Part shown: piece after piece, positions 28,187 to 36,884 of the stretch
Layout: each line of letters opens with the position of its first letter
Numbering within the stretch: position 1 is the stretch's first letter
Sequence record: LC494302.1
Reading direction: 5' to 3' (one strand)
From: Escherichia phage SP27
Length of the DNA: 64,000 nucleotides
Notes under the pieces: generated by a model
What the model was told of the DNA's origin: nothing
The model's input: the letters and a program-made list of their open reading frames with translations, nothing else
Databases searched by the model: none
Translations under genes and position numbers: made by a program

Positions 28187-29035
28187 ATGTTAGACATTTC
28201 AGATTTTCTTAATTTTAAAAAGTATTCAGTACTTGAACATATCAACGAATTTCTGAATTCTACTACACCATTTGGTATCAGTACATCAGATGCATACGAT
28301 GGATATACAATCTTCCCATACAATGACTTTCAAATTTCCGTCAAAAAAGGTTTTACAAAAGAAGTTGCAATTCGTGATGTAGTAATGTATAGCGATTCTT
28401 CTATTTCTTACTGTCATGATGTGAACAAGTTTGAATCTCTTGCAACACCTAATTGTTCATACTACAAATCACATGACACGATGATGTATAAAGAACAACA
28501 TATCAATGGTGTTTCGTTCTATAAAACTAGCAGTGATAAATCATATACATCTAGAGATGATTTTGGAAAATACACATGTACTATGCACACGGATAATGAA
28601 AAAACAAATTACACTCATTCATTCGAGTCCAAATTCCAAGAGAGTGAAGTTTCAAATATCACTATACAAGAACAGGTTTCAGAAGGCATTGTATATCGTA
28701 GCACTGCATTCTTTCGCATGAAAGATATTGCCACAGGCAGACCAATGATGTACAATATTGACATATACATGAAAGGTGATATATCCGAAGTAGTGATTAG
28801 TACTGGTTATCGTGAAAAATATACAGTTACAATGGAATCACCAGATGCATCATTAGTTCATCTCTTTAACAATTTATATACATTCCAATTCGAACTTAGT
28901 TTCGATCCAAATGAATATCAAATATTTGATATATTAAAAAGTAATATTATTAATAAGTTAGAATATTACTACAAGTTAGGTGGTAAGATGTGCATAGTTA
29001 ATACTATGTTACATAACATAAAAGAAACATTATAA
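28187..29035 (+). CDS. hypothetical protein
   Basis: ATG 28187 after GAGGA; about 282 aa; no FQxS core. Confidence 0.6.
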   Translation: MLDISDFLNFKKYSVLEHINEFLNSTTPFGISTSDAYDGYTIFPYNDFQISVKKGFTKEVAIRDVVMYSDSSISYCHDVNKFESLATPNCSYYKSHDTMMYKEQHINGVSFYKTSSDKSYTSRDDFGKYTCTMHTDNEKTNYTHSFESKFQESEVSNITIQEQVSEGIVYRSTAFFRMKDIATGRPMMYNIDIYMKGDISEVVISTGYREKYTVTMESPDASLVHLFNNLYTFQFELSFDPNEYQIFDILKSNIINKLEYYYKLGGKMCIVNTMLHNIKETL

Positions 29036-29051
29036 ATCTGGAGGATTTGGT

Positions 29052-29345
29052 ATGGATACTAAATTCAAAATTATTTTTAAAACTAAGCCGTATATTCCAC
29101 ATACAGCAGAACGTTTTATACCACATGGTGCTGAGGAAATTATTCACCAAGATGGTACTAAGTTATACCTTGTTCCTTGTTCTTATGAACGTGCAGTAGA
29201 AATGTTACTAATGAATGCTAGACTATGCAAAAACAAGTACATTAGTTACCTATACAATGAACATATTTTAGATTTCAATGATGAAAATATGTTCATTCTA
29301 GCAATTGAGGATTTTGATAACTGGTACAATATTATTAAAATCTAA
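29052..29345 (+). CDS. hypothetical protein
   Basis: 97-aa ORF with RBS GGAGGA. Confidence 0.6.
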   Translation: MDTKFKIIFKTKPYIPHTAERFIPHGAEEIIHQDGTKLYLVPCSYERAVEMLLMNARLCKNKYISYLYNEHILDFNDENMFILAIEDFDNWYNIIKI

Positions 29346-29353
29346 TGAAAATA

Positions 29354-29401
29354 ATGTGAACATATTAGATTCTTGTGATATAATGTTCACATCTTTTTTT
29401 T
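29354..29401 (+). terminator. intrinsic terminator whose loop embeds an extended -10 promoter
   Basis: perfect 10-bp arms ATGTGAACAT/ATGTTCACAT, 19-nt loop, T8; TG-n-TATAAT at 29376-29384. Confidence 0.65.
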
Positions 29402-29417
29402 GATAACGGAGATATAG

Positions 29418-29804
29418 ATGAATACAAGTTCAATCCTAAAAGCAATTGGTGGTGTTTTACTCATTGAAGTAAAAGGTGAACCAAAGCTATGCTGTTTAGA
29501 AGATATGAAGAATACAAAACACTTCAGTACTGGTCAGATTTTCAATGCCATTCGTATTCTAAATGACAAATCCATTGCTGATTATGGAAAAGTTTGGCCT
29601 GTATATCAAAATGCTGATGGTGATATCAGTACTGATTGGAAAACAATTGAGGCGGTACGACAAAGTTGTGAGAGTGATTGGGACTTCATTGTTGAAGTTT
29701 GTGATCAACTACAAGAAGATGTTCCAGAAATTGTCGAACGAAAAGAAGTCCTAGCACGACTTGAAAAATTCCGTCACGGAACACTACAGTATGACACAAT
29801 CTAA
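29418..29804 (+). CDS. hypothetical protein
   Basis: 128-aa ORF with RBS GGAG. Confidence 0.6.
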   Translation: MNTSSILKAIGGVLLIEVKGEPKLCCLEDMKNTKHFSTGQIFNAIRILNDKSIADYGKVWPVYQNADGDISTDWKTIEAVRQSCESDWDFIVEVCDQLQEDVPEIVERKEVLARLEKFRHGTLQYDTI

Positions 29805-29853
29805 TCTGCTTATTAAAAATATCTAATTAACATTATATAAAAGGAATTTAAAA

Positions 29854-30159
29854 ATGGAAGACAATGGAATGAAATTTGATATGTTTGAAGGTGTACCAGA
29901 GTTCGATTTCAATAAACTTGAAAATGGTGAAGAATCAGAACTAGTAAGTGTTACACTAAAATCAGATACCAAAAAGAAATATTCCCCATCAGTTCGTTCA
30001 CGTTCTCAAGAAGAATATGAAACCTTCATTGAGAGTATTCATTACGAAACGTTCCATCATGCAGATGGTACTCCGTATGAAGTTCGTGTTACAGTACTGA
30101 AGCCTGAAGTAAACCCAATGGAAAATCTACGTCCTGTTTACTGCTGGGCAAGCCACTAA
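29854..30159 (+). CDS. hypothetical protein
   Basis: 101-aa ORF with RBS AAGGAA. Confidence 0.6.
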   Translation: MEDNGMKFDMFEGVPEFDFNKLENGEESELVSVTLKSDTKKKYSPSVRSRSQEEYETFIESIHYETFHHADGTPYEVRVTVLKPEVNPMENLRPVYCWASH

Positions 30160-30168
30160 TAAACCAAA

Positions 30169-30198
30169 GGACGGGATATAATATCTCGTCTTTTTTTT
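30169..30198 (+). terminator. intrinsic terminator
   Basis: near-palindrome GACGGGATAT/ATATCTCGTC followed by T8. Confidence 0.6.
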
Positions 30199-30210
30199 GT
30201 CTGGAGATAT

Positions 30211-31059
30211 ATGAAACTTTATCTAATCGTTGACTACAGTAAGGGTTATTATGACTACGCAGAAGAATCTGAAGGGTATTGCTCGTCTACTAATGTCAAT
30301 GTACGCACCAGTAGTACACATGAGCATGAATCTATTACAAACCTAAAAGATTTCATCGCATATCGAGCATTTGAAAAGAATTTCTGTCGTAGTAGATATT
30401 CGAAGTTTGAGTACCCGTTAATTGATGTTCCTGATGAATTGATGTTCCAGTTAATGCTCACTGGAGTACAAGATTATGATTACATCGCGTACAATCACAT
30501 TACTAAGAAAATTTATATCGGTACGTCAACACATGACATTTCTATGTATGCATCATGCCCCGATGATCGAATGAATGATAGAAAATCATACTATAGTGGT
30601 TCAGTTGGTTCAAATGATTCATTAAATGAAAATTTATTCTTTGAGTACGAGTTTGATAATCATCGAGGGAAAAAAGACCGAGAAGATTATTGTACTGAAA
30701 TTGATAGTACCAATGGATATGAAGAAGTGAAAGAAGCGATAATGCCATATATCCTTGACAAGTACTACAAAGATTTTCAGTACTGTAGTAATTTTCTAAT
30801 CCGAAATTCTATCATAATCGGTCGTCAAAGTACTGCATTCTCTAAGTACTACAATGATTCCCCTGTTGCTGAAAATGAAAACTGTAATATTCTCTCAATC
30901 CCACGTGAAGATATGGTATTCATGTTCACATCTTTCATTGAAGATGATGAGTTGTATGTAAAAAACAAGCACAGGTTCATGCCAAGTAAGATTGAGGTTA
31001 TGAGAAGCTTAAGTGCAGATATCTTAACTAATTTCACTGAAAAAACAGAATACAACTGA
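30211..31059 (+). CDS. hypothetical protein with internal FQ-type motif
   Basis: 282-aa ORF; motif PDELMFQLMLTG. Confidence 0.6.
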   Translation: MKLYLIVDYSKGYYDYAEESEGYCSSTNVNVRTSSTHEHESITNLKDFIAYRAFEKNFCRSRYSKFEYPLIDVPDELMFQLMLTGVQDYDYIAYNHITKKIYIGTSTHDISMYASCPDDRMNDRKSYYSGSVGSNDSLNENLFFEYEFDNHRGKKDREDYCTEIDSTNGYEEVKEAIMPYILDKYYKDFQYCSNFLIRNSIIIGRQSTAFSKYYNDSPVAENENCNILSIPREDMVFMFTSFIEDDELYVKNKHRFMPSKIEVMRSLSADILTNFTEKTEYN

Positions 31060-31089
31060 GACATACCATAAGTTTATGATATAATGTAA

Positions 31090-31122
31090 GGTGACAGCAG
31101 AATATGTTGTCGCCTTTTTTTT
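31090..31122 (+). terminator. intrinsic terminator
   Basis: 10-bp stem GGTGACAGCA/TGTTGTCGCC (2 G-U pairs), 5-nt loop, T8. Confidence 0.75.
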
Positions 31123-31659
31123 AATCCTGAAAGGTTCCATATGGAAATGATTAAAGCCTAATCCACTCGAAAAGTAGAGGGTAGATGAGTAGTCCTTTCA
31201 GTACGAACAGCAAATGAAACCCGTTAGATGATGGCATAGTTTGAACCACTCACGGCAATGCGGCTGTATAAAGAACTCCAATAGGATAAAGAGAGTTCCT
31301 CGATAGACATATAAGGATCGCACCTTACCAATTATCTAAGGGAGATTTCATGAGAAATTTGCGGTCGGAATTATACAATATAGTTGCGTCCAAATTTTGT
31401 GAAATCAAATACAAGTACTGGTCATATGGTATTTGTATTATGTGTCGGGATGTTTAAGACCGACGACCGTTGCTACAAGAACCGCGATAGAGAGAAACAG
31501 AGCAACCCGCTTTCGTCTCGTAAGAGAATTCGTGATATGAACTATGTGAAGGCCACCAGCGTCAAACTTTTTTGTTCTTTCCCCTGCGGGGGGATGAAAT
31601 ATGCTCAAGCAAACCCCGTCAATATTAATTAAAAGAAAATAGTACTTGTAGAATTAGAC
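31123..31659. other. ORF-poor, GC-richer island; candidate structured or non-coding RNA region
   Basis: about 530 nt with no convincing CDS in a genome otherwise near 95 percent coding. Confidence 0.4.
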
Positions 31660-32280
31660 ATGCGTAGCATGGTAATTCTACTGATGTTGATGAAATCAAC
31701 GTCACGTATATTCATTGATGTTTCCATAGGAATAATGATGGCATTTATTAGAAAAGAAAAAACTGTTACTTATAAAACTTTGAATTTTGATGATTGCATT
31801 AATCAATCACAAGACGAAGATATCTTTACTGGATATGTGGTTATTAAAGAAAAAGGATGCATTTCTTATATAAAGGAATTGCAAAATGGAATTGAAGTGA
31901 CTTCAGTTAAATTACTTCCTACTCAAAAACCAACAATATCAAAAGCCCAGTATGGTAATTATTTTGAAGAAAGATATAGTAATAATTCAATAAGTGTTAA
32001 GGCTCATATTATTAAAGGAGAACTAGAAGGAGAATATAGAAAATACAACCCACAAGGAAAATGTGTTTGGGTTAAATACTTCAATTCAGGATATGATGTA
32101 ACATCTGAAATTATAGAGTTCTTAGGTTTAAAATGTACCCCTGAGACTATTCATGATTACAAGTTCAATACTGAAGAAGAGTTTAATCTGATGATGCGTT
32201 ACGGTTCACATTTTAAATTTTTATATGAATATAACATTGACAGTAGTACTTTTGATAAGATAGTACACAACTGTCTCTAA
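31660..32280 (+). CDS. hypothetical protein
   Basis: 206-aa ORF; start uncertain (ATG lies in a 9-bp hairpin GTAGAATTA/TAATTCTAC). Confidence 0.5.
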   Translation: MRSMVILLMLMKSTSRIFIDVSIGIMMAFIRKEKTVTYKTLNFDDCINQSQDEDIFTGYVVIKEKGCISYIKELQNGIEVTSVKLLPTQKPTISKAQYGNYFEERYSNNSISVKAHIIKGELEGEYRKYNPQGKCVWVKYFNSGYDVTSEIIEFLGLKCTPETIHDYKFNTEEEFNLMMRYGSHFKFLYEYNIDSSTFDKIVHNCL

Positions 32281-32296
32281 CAAAAGGAATTATATA

Positions 32297-32818
32297 ATGT
32301 CGAAGAAGGATGCTTCGAAAAAACATTCAGTACATTTTAGTACTGGAAAAGATAACTGGACAACTCCAAAGGATTTCTTTGAAGATTTGGATGAACTCTG
32401 GGAATTTACACTAGATGCAGCATGTGTCAAAGAAACTGCATTGTGTGATAATTTTTTCACTCCAGAAGATGATTCACTGTCACAGGATTGGGGAAATAAT
32501 ATAGTTTGGTTGAATCCACCATATAGTGACTTGAAAACTTGGTTATCTAAAGCAGTAGATGCATATAATAACGGGGCAACTGTAGTTATTCTTGTACCCT
32601 CAAGAACCGATACAATTGCTTTTCAGGATTATGCTGCTAAAATATGTGATTGTATTTGTTTTATTAAGGGAAGATTGAGATTTGGTATACCAGAAGAACC
32701 CGATAAGAAAACAGATTCAGCACCATTTCCTTCGTGTCTGATAGTACTGGATAAGTACTTAACCACTGCTAAAATCAATTATCTTAAATCTCTTGGGTTG
32801 GTGATGAAGAATTTATGA
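32297..32818 (+). CDS. DNA N6-adenine methyltransferase (phage Dam-type)
   Basis: WTTPKDFF N-terminal motif and NPPYS catalytic motif. Confidence 0.8.
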   Translation: MSKKDASKKHSVHFSTGKDNWTTPKDFFEDLDELWEFTLDAACVKETALCDNFFTPEDDSLSQDWGNNIVWLNPPYSDLKTWLSKAVDAYNNGATVVILVPSRTDTIAFQDYAAKICDCICFIKGRLRFGIPEEPDKKTDSAPFPSCLIVLDKYLTTAKINYLKSLGLVMKNL

Positions 32819-33348
32819 AAGAAACATGCGTATTAACTTTTGGACGTGTTAATCCCGTACATCGTGGACATGGTTTAGTTTTTGAAAAGGCCAAAACATT
32901 ACAAGAACAGTACAATGCTGATTTAAAAATATATCTAAGCACCAGTACTGACAATATAAAAAACCCACTCCCACCTGAACTAAAAATGTATTATACAGAG
33001 GGATTCTATCCTTCAGTGCAAGAGAACATCTACACAGAAGACAATCTATTTGATATAATGAGAGAACTGGATGGAAAGTACTTAGATGTTCTTTTCATAT
33101 GTGGTTCTGACCGTATTGATTCTTTTCAAAAAACTCTTGACATGTACAATGGTAAGTTGTATAATTTTTGTAGTATAAAAGCAATTCAAGCAGGTATTGA
33201 CCGTAATGTAAGTCAATATAGCTCAACACAAATGCGTAACTTCGCAAAAAATGAAGATTTTGATAGTTTTCGTGAGTTTTTACCTGGAAATGACGAGGAC
33301 TTAAAAATACAATTATTTGAAGACGTTATAAAATACATGAGGAAATAA
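32815..33348 (+). CDS. HxGH nucleotidyltransferase, NMN/NaMN adenylyltransferase-like
   Basis: GRVNPVHRGH (HxGH) and SSTQMR (ISxTxxR-like) motifs; ATGA overlap with Dam gene. Confidence 0.6.
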   Translation: MKETCVLTFGRVNPVHRGHGLVFEKAKTLQEQYNADLKIYLSTSTDNIKNPLPPELKMYYTEGFYPSVQENIYTEDNLFDIMRELDGKYLDVLFICGSDRIDSFQKTLDMYNGKLYNFCSIKAIQAGIDRNVSQYSSTQMRNFAKNEDFDSFREFLPGNDEDLKIQLFEDVIKYMRK

Positions 33349-33350
33349 TT

Positions 33351-33644
33351 ATGTCAGTACTGTTCAAAACCAATCCAGTACTTTGGGATCAAAATGAGCA
33401 ATCAGGATTTCGTTCCATCCATGTTGAATACAAAGGTAATACTGTAGTTGCAATTATTGCTAACAAAACTCTAGGAAACTGGACTGCACAGGTTGTTCCT
33501 ATGGGATATTCTTACACATCTGATGAGGTTCAATTCCTGGCTGAACTATATCGTCAAGTGCCGTTTATCATTAATGTACTAGAAGGTAATGATACATTAT
33601 CACATGCAGATGTGATTAATTTTCTTGGAAACTTGCATGTGTGA
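33351..33644 (+). CDS. hypothetical protein
   Basis: 97-aa ORF. Confidence 0.55.
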   Translation: MSVLFKTNPVLWDQNEQSGFRSIHVEYKGNTVVAIIANKTLGNWTAQVVPMGYSYTSDEVQFLAELYRQVPFIINVLEGNDTLSHADVINFLGNLHV

Positions 33645-33924
33645 TGAAATAAATCTTACAGGATATTTTTTACAAGAATCAATGATTAAATTTAGTGATA
33701 AATTTTCAGTACTGGATGGTATCGAAATGTGGCATGTCAAACCACTGTTCCACACTTTCAGTAAAGAGCACAAAATGTTATTGACTGAAGCCAGTAAATC
33801 AAATAACATATGTGAAATCAAAATTGGTGTAAATGTCTATAAAGGGATGGTTATCTTTTTTGACAATAACAGCAACTACTTTTATATTGTTAAGGAGCAT
33901 TACGTTGACAAATACAAATACTAA
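33625..33924 (+). CDS. hypothetical protein
   Basis: 99-aa ORF. Confidence 0.5.
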   Translation: METCMCDEINLTGYFLQESMIKFSDKFSVLDGIEMWHVKPLFHTFSKEHKMLLTEASKSNNICEIKIGVNVYKGMVIFFDNNSNYFYIVKEHYVDKYKY

Positions 33925-34519
33925 TACATATTTCCGTTATCTTCGCTTAGGTCTTTCCCTACGTCCGATCCGTGGAAAGTGCGATTCACTCGCTGACCTT
34001 GACTATGCATATGCATTACATCATGAAGGTGTACAGTATGTATTGGGTGATTATGGTGAATTTGAAGAAACAAATGACAGTACTGGAATTAATGCTGGTG
34101 TAGAAAATCTTAACAACATTGCTAACAGTTCTCGCCATGACATTGTGTTACAGATTCAAAACTTTATTGAGCAACACACAGGCAAACGTGTTTGGTGCTA
34201 TGTCGGTACTGATGCACAAATGTCAATTTCATTCGGTAACGATGAAGGATATGTTGCACAGCTTATTATGGATTTTGAATCTGAAGAGAAGTTTTTAGAA
34301 TTCAAAGAAAAGATTATTCAGTCACTTGTTGATATGGGTATCCCCGAAGATAAAATGCCAGAAGTCCAAAACATTGATGAATTTGTTTTGATTCCATCTG
34401 ATGAGAAATATGATGCAATGTTTACTGCTCTTAATATTCCAAGAGTTATTGTGGAGTACTTTGATGATGGTGATGATAGTATCTATATCGATCTAGATGA
34501 CGATGACGACGATGAATAA
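33833..34519 (+). CDS. hypothetical protein with poly-acidic C-terminus
   Basis: ORF ends IYIDLDDDDDDE; true start unclear (no in-frame ATG downstream of upstream stop). Confidence 0.5.
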   Translation: MSIKGWLSFLTITATTFILLRSITLTNTNTNTYFRYLRLGLSLRPIRGKCDSLADLDYAYALHHEGVQYVLGDYGEFEETNDSTGINAGVENLNNIANSSRHDIVLQIQNFIEQHTGKRVWCYVGTDAQMSISFGNDEGYVAQLIMDFESEEKFLEFKEKIIQSLVDMGIPEDKMPEVQNIDEFVLIPSDEKYDAMFTALNIPRVIVEYFDDGDDSIYIDLDDDDDDE

Positions 34520-34526
34520 TGTACAT

Positions 34527-34553
34527 AGCCCGACATAAGTTCGGGCTATTTTT
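34527..34553 (+). terminator. intrinsic terminator
   Basis: stem AGCCCGA/TCGGGCT, 7-nt loop, TTTTTG. Confidence 0.7.
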
Positions 34554-34565
34554 GTAAGGGGATAT

Positions 34566-34841
34566 ATGAATTATAAAGTTCTACAATATACATACAGTGT
34601 TTTGTTTGATTTACATCACAATGGAAGATATCTCAATACAATACGAGAAAACACATTCACTCATACTATCTGGATTAATCACTTAATAATGATACGTGAA
34701 TATTTTGTTAATAGTGAGATAATCATTCGTGGTAAAAAACAGAAGATAGAACAAGTTAATAGTTTTGGTGGTAAATTAGTACTATCATTTATAGATAGTA
34801 ATACTAATGAAAGATATAGTATAGATTTGGTGGACATATGA
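34566..34841 (+). CDS. small protein, family C
   Basis: about 90 aa; N-terminus MNYKVLQYTYSVLFDL. Confidence 0.6.
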   Translation: MNYKVLQYTYSVLFDLHHNGRYLNTIRENTFTHTIWINHLIMIREYFVNSEIIIRGKKQKIEQVNSFGGKLVLSFIDSNTNERYSIDLVDI

Positions 34842-35104
34842 ATTATAAAGATTTCCTACTAACATACAAGATTATTCGAGATTTAGCACACGACAATGAT
34901 AGCCCTAGTCTAGAAGACACATGCACTGAAATGATTCATACGATTCGTGGTAAGATTAAAAAAAAATTCAGTACTGTTATTATTAATGACGACCATGCAG
35001 AATTTTCTGATATAATCATTAGACGTGATGGTAAAGTTGAGGTTCAGTACTACACTGATTTTGGATTTACTAGTGTTCCGTTGGAGATATTCCCTTGGTA
35101 TTAA
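34838..35104 (+). CDS. small protein, family C
   Basis: N-terminus MNYKDFLLTYKIIRDL; ATGA overlap. Confidence 0.6.
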   Translation: MNYKDFLLTYKIIRDLAHDNDSPSLEDTCTEMIHTIRGKIKKKFSTVIINDDHAEFSDIIIRRDGKVEVQYYTDFGFTSVPLEIFPWY

Positions 35105-35406
35105 ATTTAAATGATATACAATTCACTTATAAGATCCTATATGACTTGTATGATACATACCTTGTTAGTAACAAAATAGGTTCACATAACCCATCTAAAG
35201 AACAACAATTTATTGATTTATATATTGAGTACTTAGATTCTATTGAAAACTATCTCAAAAAGAATTACAGTACTTTTATCGATGGAAATGATAAATTCGA
35301 TTTCTATGGTGTACAATCATATAATGGTATAATCCATGTTCAATTTCAGGAAATAACCGATAGGGGATTTATCGAGATTAAAGTTGTGAAGTTGGTGAAT
35401 TTATAA
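35095..35406 (+). CDS. small protein, family C (probable TTG start)
   Basis: N-terminus LNDIQFTYKILYDL; no in-frame ATG near start. Confidence 0.5.
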   Translation: MVLNLNDIQFTYKILYDLYDTYLVSNKIGSHNPSKEQQFIDLYIEYLDSIENYLKKNYSTFIDGNDKFDFYGVQSYNGIIHVQFQEITDRGFIEIKVVKLVNL

Positions 35407-35416
35407 GAGGTTACAT

Positions 35417-35728
35417 ATGAATATAAATGATATACAATTCACATACAAATTTTTGTATATCCAATACGCTACGGTTGATGCTGGAGAATATCTCTACAGT
35501 GAAATCTATCGTTCGGTATGGATAAAGTTTTTGGATGAATTACATGAATATTACCATGATTTGTGTATAGTTCGTGATAATAAAATATACAAATTCCGCG
35601 ATATTGTTAGTCATAGCGGTAAGCTACGATTGGAATTAAGTACTGATAGTGATGTTGATTGGATTGGTGTAAATTTACTGGAGTTGGAGAATGAAAAACA
35701 ACTTAAAGGAAATACAAGTATTTTATAA
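35417..35728 (+). CDS. small protein, family C
   Basis: N-terminus MNINDIQFTYKFLYIQ. Confidence 0.6.
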   Translation: MNINDIQFTYKFLYIQYATVDAGEYLYSEIYRSVWIKFLDELHEYYHDLCIVRDNKIYKFRDIVSHSGKLRLELSTDSDVDWIGVNLLELENEKQLKGNTSIL

Positions 35729-35975
35729 ATTCTTATACTTATCATATGTAAAAGATGAGTACTATGAAAGTGTGTATTATTTTTTATGGCAACATTACCG
35801 TACTATAGTAAGAGATTTATATATAGGAAAATCTATCATATCCAATGGTGAAAAATGTATCTGTACGGATGTAGTTAGTTTTAATGGTTCTTTAACACTG
35901 TGTTTCAGATGCGATAATAATAGTGGGTCATTTTCATTAAACGTATATCAGTTAGAAGGAATAAATTTTGAATAA
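35691..35975 (+). CDS. small protein, family C
   Basis: N-terminus MKNNLKEIQVFYKFLYL. Confidence 0.55.
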   Translation: MKNNLKEIQVFYKFLYLSYVKDEYYESVYYFLWQHYRTIVRDLYIGKSIISNGEKCICTDVVSFNGSLTLCFRCDNNSGSFSLNVYQLEGINFE

Positions 35976-36168
35976 ATGTCCATATTGTAACAGTACTCAA
36001 TTAGCTCGTTTCCGTTTAGATTCAGACTGGGCGACTGGTGCTGGTGATTTCTTCCCTATTAATGATGATGCAGAATACACCGAAGAACAGCACAAAGATT
36101 TTGATAAATCATGGCGACCTGACATTGAGTGCATTTATTGCCTTAATTGTGAGCGTGTTCATGACTAA
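35968..36168 (+). CDS. small zinc-ribbon protein
   Basis: CPYC ... CIYCLNC cysteine pairs in 66 aa. Confidence 0.55.
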   Translation: MNKCPYCNSTQLARFRLDSDWATGAGDFFPINDDAEYTEEQHKDFDKSWRPDIECIYCLNCERVHD

Positions 36169-36424
36169 AGCTGAACTAATAGTTCATACATATAAAATGA
36201 TATCAAGTACTGAGTTATCATATAGTGCAGATAATCCAGTACTGGATTATTTTGTTGAATTATTGAAAGAGCATTATATTGGTAAATCACTGATTCTTAA
36301 TAATATTAATTTCACGGTAAAGGATGTAGCACCTGGAAAAAACGTACTAATAGTATGTGTTACTTCATCTGATAACCCAGTATACCCAATATCAATAATT
36401 TTTGAGATATTAGGAGATTTATGA
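36161..36424 (+). CDS. hypothetical small protein
   Basis: ATG 36161 overlaps upstream stop (ATGACTAA). Confidence 0.5.
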   Translation: MTKAELIVHTYKMISSTELSYSADNPVLDYFVELLKEHYIGKSLILNNINFTVKDVAPGKNVLIVCVTSSDNPVYPISIIFEILGDL

Positions 36425-36711
36425 ATATCATTTTAATGCAGAAAACATATGCTATATTGGTGAAAGATTATTCCATTACTTTCGATTCACAAGAAAGTGC
36501 TCTACATAACCTATACAAAAACGTAACACAAGAATACAGAAATATGTTTTCTGACTTAGTAGTAGGAAGGTATTTCAGTACTAGAAAATACCCAAAACTT
36601 CAAATAGTTGATGTTTCTTTTTATTTCAATGGTCATATTACTATTCATAGTTTAGACCAAGATTCAACAACGTACTTAAACTTTTCATTTGATGAGGTAA
36701 CATTTTTATGA
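36421..36711 (+). CDS. small protein, family C
   Basis: N-terminus MNIILMQKTYAILVKDY. Confidence 0.55.
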   Translation: MNIILMQKTYAILVKDYSITFDSQESALHNLYKNVTQEYRNMFSDLVVGRYFSTRKYPKLQIVDVSFYFNGHITIHSLDQDSTTYLNFSFDEVTFL

Positions 36712-36884
36712 GAACAGTATTTTTTATCTGGAGTCTTTTTTCATTGGCAGTACTGACAGTATGTGGGATTTGTTTCCTTTCATCAATTAATACTTGGTAT
36801 ATCAATTTACTATTTCCATTTGTCGGTGTTGGTTTAGGGTTTACTTTGCATAGTGTATGTAAGGATTACAATGAGAACAAATGA
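36708..36884 (+). CDS. small hydrophobic membrane peptide (58 aa)
   Basis: ATGA-overlapping ORF below track cutoff; two hydrophobic stretches. Confidence 0.4.
   Translation: MRTVFFIWSLFSLAVLTVCGICFLSSINTWYINLLFPFVGVGLGFTLHSVCKDYNENK

Noticed and set aside
31384-31632. 82-aa ORF inside the GC-rich island
   Set aside because: No Shine-Dalgarno sequence, composition unlike all neighbouring genes, and it sits in a region better explained as non-coding; kept only as part of the island finding.
31123-31659. tRNA gene or group I intron in the ORF-poor island
   Set aside because: I could not find a tRNA T-loop/acceptor arrangement or a host gene interrupted by intron core elements by eye; cannot be excluded without a covariance-model scan, so reported only as a candidate structured region.
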